Source: a virus
Lineage: Duplodnaviria > Caudoviricetes
Direction: 5' to 3' (one strand)
IMG/VR virus record: IMGVR_UViG_2934748790_000001
Coordinates: 1 to 64,000 of that record
Length of the DNA stretch: 64,000 nucleotides
Shown here: positions 57,095-64,000 of the stretch, piece by piece
Layout of the letters: every line of letters begins with the position of its first letter
How positions within the stretch are numbered: the stretch's first letter is position 1
Notes under the pieces: generated by a model
Told to the model about the DNA's origin: nothing
Databases searched by the model: none
What the model saw: only the letters and a program-made list of their open reading frames with translations
Position numbers and translations under genes: made by a program

Positions 57095-58045
57095 GTGCCG
57101 TTTCTTCTGAACGAGGACAAGGCGCTGAAGTCGAAACTTCAGGGCCTGACGGTGCATGACGCCACTTCCGGTGCCGGCCGCAGTGTGACCGTTCGCTACA
57201 AGAACCCGGAATACGAGCTGGCGGACGCCACTTACCCGCTCGCCCTCATCACCCACTCGCGAATCTCTCGCGACGAGGAACGGGAACACAGGGGCGTAGT
57301 GAATCTGCACTACGCCCCCGAGGGATACGAGCCGTGGGCAGACATGGCAGACCCCGCATTGTCTCCGTACACGGCGGAGATGCCCATCCCGCTGAACGTC
57401 GACTATCAGATCGACGCGTACGCCCGTAAAGAGACGCATCTCATCGAGATTACCGGCGCGCTGATGGGCTTCGACTATTTCCCGCACCGATTCGGTTACC
57501 TCTCGGTGCCCGAGGACGGAACAGTCCGCCGGCTCGACCTGATGGGCGGCCCGGAATATTCGGAGACCAAGGACGACAAGGGTAAGCGCCTTTTCATCGC
57601 ATCCTGGGCGATCCGCGTCTCCAGCGAAATCTTCCTCAGCGAGATCCGCACGCTGACGCCTGCGCAGCGCGTCCTTATCGGTTGGCTCGACAAGGCCGCC
57701 TGGGACGAAGGCCACTCGGTGCCCGTCAGCACGCCCCAGGTGGTTACCAAGGACCGGCTCGCCGTGGTCTCCGCGCCGTTGGCCATCGCCCTGGTCGGAC
57801 AGCCGTACCGGCAGCACCTGGAGGCCCTCGGGGGGTCAGGCCAGGTGACCTGGTCGCTCTCCGAGGGCTCGCGTCTGCCGGAGGGCCTTCACCTGACGGC
57901 TACCGGGGTTCTGCACGGGCTGCCGGTAGCCGCCACGACCTCACCGGCTCAGTTCCAGGTCTCCGCCCGGGACTCGGACGTCACTCCGCAGGTGGCGCAG
58001 GCCGCTTTCTCGCTCACCGTACTGCCCTCACCTCCCGGAGGCTGA
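57095..58045 (+). CDS. Tail completion/terminator protein with C-terminal Ig-like domain
   Basis: Precedes sheath; G..Y...L.A.GG....WS...G.LP.GL.L...G.L.G motif. Confidence 0.7.
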   Translation: MPFLLNEDKALKSKLQGLTVHDATSGAGRSVTVRYKNPEYELADATYPLALITHSRISRDEEREHRGVVNLHYAPEGYEPWADMADPALSPYTAEMPIPLNVDYQIDAYARKETHLIEITGALMGFDYFPHRFGYLSVPEDGTVRRLDLMGGPEYSETKDDKGKRLFIASWAIRVSSEIFLSEIRTLTPAQRVLIGWLDKAAWDEGHSVPVSTPQVVTKDRLAVVSAPLAIALVGQPYRQHLEALGGSGQVTWSLSEGSRLPEGLHLTATGVLHGLPVAATTSPAQFQVSARDSDVTPQVAQAAFSLTVLPSPPGG

Positions 58046-58051
58046 TTCCTG

Positions 58052-60052
58052 ATGACGACGCCCACGACATTCCCTTACAAGAGGCCCGGGGTGTACATCT
58101 CGGAAAGCCTGAAGCCGCTTCCGCAGCAGGTATCGCCGCCCGGTGTTTCGATCGCGACGTTCGTCGGCACTCACGACGCGGGGCCCTCGACCCCGGTCAA
58201 GGTGACGTCCTGGGAGCAGTTCATGTCCCTTTACGGGGGCTTCGGAAACGGCATGAACTACTTGCCGTTCCAGGTCTACTCGTTCTTCGCGAACGGTGGC
58301 CGGACCGCATGGATTCTTCGCGCGACCCCGTCGGATTCGGTATCGGCCCGGCTCATGGTGCGCAACCGGCCGCTGCCGCCGACCGAGACGATTACCGGGA
58401 GCCCTGATGGTGTTCCGCCCACAGGCAGTGGCACCAAGCCCACCGCGAAGGTGACAGGGGTCTCGCTGGTAAGTCCGTCAGGACCGGTAACAGCCAACCC
58501 CGAGCAGACCGCGTTCGCGATCGAGTGGACCGCCATCACACCGCTGGCGAATGTGGACGCCTACCTGGTGGAGGTCACGCAGCCGGACGAGGGATCTTTC
58601 AGCAAGGTGGTCTGGGTCAGCCAGCCGTCCGAGGGCAAGCCCACAGCGGCGTTCACGAACCTTGCGCCCGGCACCACCTATGAGGTGCAGATCACGCCCT
58701 ACAAGGGCGAGACGGCCGGAGACCCCATGGACTCCCCTGCGGTCTTCGACACAACGGCCGGACACACCCCGGTCGATGCCCTCCAGGTCACTGCCCGGGG
58801 GCGGGGGGCATACGGAAACCGCCTCTTCGTCACCACCACCCCCTCCTGGAACTCGGGGCGCTTCCACCTGTACGTCAAATACGGGGGCACCAACCAGGGC
58901 GCCCTGGTCGAGACCTGGCAGGATCTCTCGCTCAACCCCGGCGACCCGCGCTACGCCGTCAGCCTCATCAACAGCGCCACTTCGGGGTCCAGCTACATCG
59001 AGATCGCGAATCTCCTGCCCCCGGACTCGGCCACCCCGGGCACCGGCGCCGCCCCTGACGGCTCCTGGCAGCCCGAGTACGTTGCCGACGCCCCTCTGGA
59101 GTCGGGGGTGGACGGCGTCCAGGCCGTCAACCTCTCTCAACAGCTCAGCGACCACTTCGCCTCCATCGAAGACGTCCTACTGGTGAACCTGTGCGGCAAC
59201 ACCCAGCTCACCGACCACGTACCGCCGGCCACCCAGATCAACTCCGCGCTGGTATGGGCAGAGGCCCGGCGCAGCGCGTTCGTCGTCCTCGACGCACCCC
59301 GACAGCCAGCGCCGATCGCGGCGGACGCCGCTGCGACGAAGTACATCGAATCCGCCTCCAGCTATGCCCCCGCGACGTCGTACGCGGCGCTGTACGGGCC
59401 GTGGGTCCAGGTCGCAGACCCGGCCGGCGCCTCGGTGTCCTCGACGCGGATGCTGCCGCCGAGCGGGGCGGTCATGGGCCAGTTCTCTCAAGCGGATGCG
59501 GCAGTCGGTCCCAACCGAAGCCCTGCCGGCATCGCGTACAGCCTGGTCGGCGCCGTAGGTGTCGAGCACCTCTTCACCCTCGACCAGCTCGACGCGCTCA
59601 ACGAGAGGGGGGTCAACGTCATTCGGCCCGTACCCCAGAGCGGCTATTGCGTGATGGGGGCGCGCACCCTCAAGGCCGGAATGCCGGACCGCTACATCAG
59701 CGTGCGGCGCATGCTGATGTACATCGAGAACCTGCTGGAGAACGTCACACGGTTCGCGATTTTCGAGCCGAACGGACCGGAGTTGTGGCAGACCCTCTCG
59801 GCGCTGGTGAGCCAACAGCTCATGACGCTCACCCAGTCCGGACAACTTCAGTCCGGAGTCCCCGACGAAGCGTTCTTCGTGGTGTGTGACGACACCAACA
59901 ACACGCCTCGAACGGTATCGCTGGGAGAGATCCACATCACGATCGGCGTGGCACTTTCCAGCCCGGCCGAGTTCATCGTGATCGAGATCAGCCAGTACCA
60001 GGGCGGAGTCTCTTCGGCGACAGACTCCATGGAGCAGACAGCCATCGGCTGA
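58052..60052 (+). CDS. Tail sheath protein with FN3 insertion
   Basis: RPGVYI, FFANGG, PPSG, RSPAG, GARTL, RYISVRR, FEPN, PAEF motifs. Confidence 0.95.
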   Translation: MTTPTTFPYKRPGVYISESLKPLPQQVSPPGVSIATFVGTHDAGPSTPVKVTSWEQFMSLYGGFGNGMNYLPFQVYSFFANGGRTAWILRATPSDSVSARLMVRNRPLPPTETITGSPDGVPPTGSGTKPTAKVTGVSLVSPSGPVTANPEQTAFAIEWTAITPLANVDAYLVEVTQPDEGSFSKVVWVSQPSEGKPTAAFTNLAPGTTYEVQITPYKGETAGDPMDSPAVFDTTAGHTPVDALQVTARGRGAYGNRLFVTTTPSWNSGRFHLYVKYGGTNQGALVETWQDLSLNPGDPRYAVSLINSATSGSSYIEIANLLPPDSATPGTGAAPDGSWQPEYVADAPLESGVDGVQAVNLSQQLSDHFASIEDVLLVNLCGNTQLTDHVPPATQINSALVWAEARRSAFVVLDAPRQPAPIAADAAATKYIESASSYAPATSYAALYGPWVQVADPAGASVSSTRMLPPSGAVMGQFSQADAAVGPNRSPAGIAYSLVGAVGVEHLFTLDQLDALNERGVNVIRPVPQSGYCVMGARTLKAGMPDRYISVRRMLMYIENLLENVTRFAIFEPNGPELWQTLSALVSQQLMTLTQSGQLQSGVPDEAFFVVCDDTNNTPRTVSLGEIHITIGVALSSPAEFIVIEISQYQGGVSSATDSMEQTAIG

Positions 60053-60125
60053 CAAGCAGTGTCCAACCGCCTCTCGTCTCTGATCATTTCGGCGGTCCCC
60101 GAGATCGGGAATTGAGAGGTGAAGC

Positions 60126-60710
60126 ATGGCGACCGTAAGCACGACGCAGAAGCCGAGTCTGGCGCAGCTCCAGACCGACCCGCTGCGGAACTTCAAGTTT
60201 CAGGTGCAGATCCACCTGGCAAACTCCACGCTGGACTCCAGCAAGCGCTCGAATCAGCTCGGATTCATGTCCGTCAGCGGGCTGAGCATCACCACCGACG
60301 TCGTGGTCTACCGCCAGGGCGGCATGAACACCACGACGCAGAAGATGCCTGGTCAGAGCGACTTTGCGCCCATCACGCTGTCCCGGGGACTCATCTGCGG
60401 CGACTCGGACATCTATAAGTGGCTGAAGCAGCTTTTCATGGTCATGCAGGGAAGCGGCGGCAACGACGGCGCCTACAACTTCCGGGCCACGATGGACATT
60501 TACCTGCTGGACCACCCCGTGACCACGAAGACCGTCTACTACAAGGCTGGCTGGCGCATCTATAACTGCTGGCCCACCAGCATCGCCTTCGGCGACCTGG
60601 ACAGCGGGGCGAACGGTGTGGAACTCCAGCAGATCACCCTCGCGCACGAAGGCTGGGACTTCAAGATCGCCAGCAAGTACGGGCCCGGCGTCGGCGTCTC
60701 GATGCCGTAA
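60126..60710 (+). CDS. Tail tube protein (T4 gp19-like)
   Basis: DPLRNFKF, GF..VSGL, YRQGG, ITL.RG, WP, L.HEG. Confidence 0.92.
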   Translation: MATVSTTQKPSLAQLQTDPLRNFKFQVQIHLANSTLDSSKRSNQLGFMSVSGLSITTDVVVYRQGGMNTTTQKMPGQSDFAPITLSRGLICGDSDIYKWLKQLFMVMQGSGGNDGAYNFRATMDIYLLDHPVTTKTVYYKAGWRIYNCWPTSIAFGDLDSGANGVELQQITLAHEGWDFKIASKYGPGVGVSMP

Positions 60711-60736
60711 ATCGAAGAAAACTCGAAGGACGACAC

Positions 60737-61597
60737 ATGACAGAGCCCATTGTGCTCCCCGAATTCGACAACTTCGGCGACCAGACCATCAGCGGTCTGG
60801 AGGCACCGGAGGAAGCTACCGCCGCCAGCCAGTCCGTCCTCCGAGAGGCCCGGAACTCCGGCAGGCCGCGCATTGACGACCCCGGGGACAATCAGCTCAC
60901 CCTCGAACGCGGGATCTGCCGAGAAGGCACGTGGTACCGCAATGCGGAGGTACGCGAACTCACTGGCGCCGATGAGGAGGCCATCGCCGCCGCCGGCGTC
61001 GGCACGAGCGCATACAGGGTCTTCGAGACTCTCCTGCTGCGCGCCACGGTCCATGTCGGCGGCGAGCCGATGTCCCCCAAGGTTGCCGCCGAGCTGCTCA
61101 TCGGCGACCGGGAGGCCCTCGTCGTGGCGATCCGGCGGGCGAGCTTCGGCGAGAACCTCGAATTCGAGAGGCTGCCCTGCCCCCGGTGCGGTGAGCTTGT
61201 CGACATCACCGTGCCGCTCGCGGCTCTGCCGAGCGTCACTCTCGACGAACCCGAACGCGTCAACTTCGAGGTACCGCTTCGTCACGGGGCCACGGCCACC
61301 GTGCGCCTACCCACCGGCGAGGACCAGGAAGCCGTCTTCGCCATCAAGAACAACAAGGCGCGGCAGGACAGCGAGATCCTCGGTCGTTGTGTTCTGAGTG
61401 TCGCCCAGCCGGACGGCACCGAGATCCGCAAGCCGCCTGCCCAGACACTAAGAATGGCTGACCGCCAGGCCATTCTGGGATTCCTCGGGGAGACCCAGCC
61501 GGGCCCCCGCCTCGCCGACTTCTCCTTCACGCACGAAACGTGCGGAGAGGAGGTAGCCCTGCCGATCAGCCTGGCCATGCTCTTTCGCGGACTGTGA
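60737..61597 (+). CDS. Tail assembly chaperone / baseplate hub assembly protein
   Basis: VRELTGADEE, DR..L...IR, CPRC, RLPTG.D motifs. Confidence 0.8.
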   Translation: MTEPIVLPEFDNFGDQTISGLEAPEEATAASQSVLREARNSGRPRIDDPGDNQLTLERGICREGTWYRNAEVRELTGADEEAIAAAGVGTSAYRVFETLLLRATVHVGGEPMSPKVAAELLIGDREALVVAIRRASFGENLEFERLPCPRCGELVDITVPLAALPSVTLDEPERVNFEVPLRHGATATVRLPTGEDQEAVFAIKNNKARQDSEILGRCVLSVAQPDGTEIRKPPAQTLRMADRQAILGFLGETQPGPRLADFSFTHETCGEEVALPISLAMLFRGL

Positions 61598-61739
61598 CTA
61601 CCAGCGCGCCTTCTCGGAATTCGAAATTCTCGCGCAGTTTCACCCTGGGTGGTCCTTGCGAGACATCAGGTCCCTCTCCATCCGTGAGCGCCATCACTGG
61701 ATTCGCCACGCTGCCTGGGAAGTAGAAAGGAGGCAGTAG
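61584..61739 (+). CDS. Startless frameshift extension of the tail assembly chaperone
   Basis: Open +1 frame from TTT-C; GWSL.DI..L..RER..W; stop abuts the tape-measure ATG. Confidence 0.65.
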   Translation, partial: FADCDYQRAFSEFEILAQFHPGWSLRDIRSLSIRERHHWIRHAAWEVERRQ

Positions 61740-64000
61740 ATGACCACTCCCCCGCCCCCGACCGGCCCTCCGAACCCGGGGCAGGGCGGGCTGTTCGGCT
61801 CGAACCAGCTCGGCGGACAGATGGACGCCTTGACGCGGGCCTTCACGGCGTTCACCAACAGGTTCGCCAGTACCTCCGGCATGTCGAACATGGGGCTGTC
61901 CGCCTCCAACTTCGGCCAGGGGCAGCGACTGGGAGAGCAGTCGGCCCGTCTTCAGCAGCGGTACCAGCAGAACTACGACGCGCACAACGCTGCCCGGCTG
62001 CGCCAGCAGGAGGAACTGGAGCGCCAGCAGCTTCAGTGGGACCGTCAGCAGCGCGTGGGCACTCGCACGATGAACAACGGCAGGTTGCCGCAGTGGCGTC
62101 GGCAGGAGGCCAGCGACCGGCTCGACGAGCAGGGCATCCTGTTCGCCAACGCGCAGGCCCGTACGCGCCGTGACTGGGGTGTGCAGGACAATCAGCACAC
62201 CGCCGCGATGTCCCAGATGTACTCCGACATGGACCGGCTCCGGCGTCAGCAGTCCACGCAGATGACGATGAACCGCCTGGCGCTCGGCGGGCAGGCTGTC
62301 GGGGCAGTGGTCGGCGCGGCCCGTGCTCACTATGCGGGCAACGAGGAGGAGAGTCTCGGGCAGTTCGAGCGTCGGTTCTCTCTCATGCGTCCGACCTGGG
62401 GGGGCACGGCCGGCAGACGGGCCCGCTCCTATGGGCGCGAGATGCAGAGGTACGGCTCCATCATGTGGGGCACCTCGAACGAGGACGTCTTCGGAGGTGC
62501 CGGTTCGATCCTCCAGCAGTCGCCGCTCAACCAGTACGGCGCACAGATGCGGCGGGCCAGCTCCGCCGCGTTCGTCACTCCCGGGCTCGGAATCCAGGGC
62601 GCGGCGCAGATGCAGCAGGAGCTGGGAACCGCCCAGGCATTTTACGCCTCCCAGATGTTCGGGCTCTCCCCCACCCGATTCGCCGGAGGGGAGCAGAACT
62701 CCTCTGCGGCAATGGCTCTTTCGCTCGCGCAGCGTGTGAACAACGAGGGGTTCGGCCGTCTTTCCGGGACTCAGCTCCAGGCGCAGCTAGCGCAAGGCGG
62801 GTCGTTGTCCATGTCGATGGCCAATTACGGCCGCACGGCGGGCCTTTCCGGGCAGTCGATGGAGGCCATGCGGAACCAGACGGAACTCCTGCGGGATTTG
62901 ATGAACCCCAGCAAGGAGGGATTGGAGAAGCTCTCCTCGGACCAGGCGCTTCAGACGATCGAGGCTGCCGGCCGCCGTGACGGTGCAGGAGACAAGGCAC
63001 GCGACAAGATCAAGAAGTACGCGCCGAGCGTCGGGGATTCCTACCAGGATTCCCAGCGCTATCTTCAGGGCCTGGACCGTGAGGGCCATCTCCCGGCAAG
63101 TGCCTCCTACTTGGATGCGGCGAAGGCGTCGGCCAACTCGCTGGCGGACATTCACTCACTTCTCCAGAAGACACTGGAGCCCATGGCCGACGCCATCGGC
63201 ACGGTTGCGGGTAGTGCTAAGGGTGGTGGTTTCTGGGGCTCTCTCAAGGCTGGTCTCGAAGGCGGGTGGAACTCCGGCCCCAACGTCCTGTTCGGGGATT
63301 CGGGGGAAGGTACCGACCAGTCGTCGTGGGCGAAGGGTGCGTGGAAGGGCATCAGCGGCTTCCTCGGCGGGGATTCCGGTACGCCCGAGTCCAAGCAGGG
63401 CAAGTCGAAGAAGAAGAAGGCGGATTCGGCCGGCGTCACGGGGGGCGGCATCCAAGGCGCGATCGGCTTCGCGCGTAAACAGCTCGGTGACCGGTACATC
63501 CTGGGTGCCGAGGGCCCGGACGCATGGGATTGCTCCAGCCTCATGAGGGCCGCCTTCGAGAAGGCCGGCGTGTCGCTACCGCGCGTCACCTATGACCAGA
63601 TCAAGAAGGGTGTGGAAGTACCTATCGACGAGGTCAAGACGGGCGACCTTGTTTTCTACAAGGACCTTTCACACGTCGGTCTGTACACAGGGAACGGGCG
63701 GGTTCTCGAAGCTGCGAATCCAGGCAAGGGCGTCATCGAGGGCCCGATGTACTCCAAGTTCACCCGTGCCCGCCGCGTGCTGTCCGGAAGTGTGGCTGCG
63801 ACGGAGAGCCTGTCCGGAAAGAACGAGGACCCCACTGCGAGCCAGAGCGGAAGTGGCGGCGGATTCACGGTTGCCGGGGCGTACGGCTCCACCGAAGAAG
63901 TCGACGCGCTCGCCGCTGCGCTGGCCGGAGGAGGTGGCGGAGGCAGTGCCCAGAGCGTGAGCCGCACCCCGAGCGCCACCCAGAACGAAGAAGCTGACAC
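61740..64000 (+). CDS. Tape measure protein with NlpC/P60 peptidoglycan hydrolase domain (partial)
   Basis: AAAGGAGG RBS; Y..G..GP..WDCSSL, GDLVFY, HVGLY.G; runs off window. Confidence 0.85.
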   Translation, partial: MTTPPPPTGPPNPGQGGLFGSNQLGGQMDALTRAFTAFTNRFASTSGMSNMGLSASNFGQGQRLGEQSARLQQRYQQNYDAHNAARLRQQEELERQQLQWDRQQRVGTRTMNNGRLPQWRRQEASDRLDEQGILFANAQARTRRDWGVQDNQHTAAMSQMYSDMDRLRRQQSTQMTMNRLALGGQAVGAVVGAARAHYAGNEEESLGQFERRFSLMRPTWGGTAGRRARSYGREMQRYGSIMWGTSNEDVFGGAGSILQQSPLNQYGAQMRRASSAAFVTPGLGIQGAAQMQQELGTAQAFYASQMFGLSPTRFAGGEQNSSAAMALSLAQRVNNEGFGRLSGTQLQAQLAQGGSLSMSMANYGRTAGLSGQSMEAMRNQTELLRDLMNPSKEGLEKLSSDQALQTIEAAGRRDGAGDKARDKIKKYAPSVGDSYQDSQRYLQGLDREGHLPASASYLDAAKASANSLADIHSLLQKTLEPMADAIGTVAGSAKGGGFWGSLKAGLEGGWNSGPNVLFGDSGEGTDQSSWAKGAWKGISGFLGGDSGTPESKQGKSKKKKADSAGVTGGGIQGAIGFARKQLGDRYILGAEGPDAWDCSSLMRAAFEKAGVSLPRVTYDQIKKGVEVPIDEVKTGDLVFYKDLSHVGLYTGNGRVLEAANPGKGVIEGPMYSKFTRARRVLSGSVAATESLSGKNEDPTASQSGSGGGFTVAGAYGSTEEVDALAAALAGGGGGGSAQSVSRTPSATQNEEAD

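Larger units (their letters stand above)
588..64000. mobile_element. Large prophage with contractile tail, integrated in add; right end outside window
   Basis: Junction in add; terminase, portal, capsid, sheath, tube, tape measure; tyrosine recombinase; dense small ORFs. Confidence 0.92.

Noticed and set aside
57095-64000. Extracellular contractile injection system (eCIS) rather than phage
   Set aside because: Terminase, portal, scaffold and capsid genes are in the same operon.

Overview
High-GC Streptomyces-type DNA. Only about 1-590 is host chromosome: a small secreted-protein gene and the orphaned last 49 codons of adenosine deaminase (add). Everything from about 590 to the window end is a large prophage inserted in add and continuing past 64000. 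Layout: (i) 0.6-22.3 kb, a leftward array of about 35 small genes including two or three Lsr2-like proteins and a beta-clamp-like protein; (ii) 22.3-24.6 kb, an ORF-free, hairpin-dense region with a promoter and a ~1 kb leader; (iii) 24.6-43.7 kb, accessory genes: EEP nuclease, a complete phage-borne add with a recoded 3' end, an unknown helical protein followed by an ncRNA with two circularly permuted tRNA modules, Tad1- and Tad2-like sponge proteins, an XRE/DUF397/anti-sigma triad with a recurring operator, a peptide + HExxH enzyme + pentapeptide-repeat cassette, a KTSC protein and a tyrosine recombinase; (iv) 43.8-64 kb, a contractile-tail morphogenesis operon. The top candidates for new biology are the protein + double permuted-tRNA RNA module (29.2-30.4 kb), a probable UUA(bldA)-triggered 7-nt ribosomal bypass in the portal gene (46718-46727), the mini-RiPP cassette (39.3-41.2 kb) and the ~1 kb structured leader RNA. 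All family assignments come from motif recognition by eye, not database searches.
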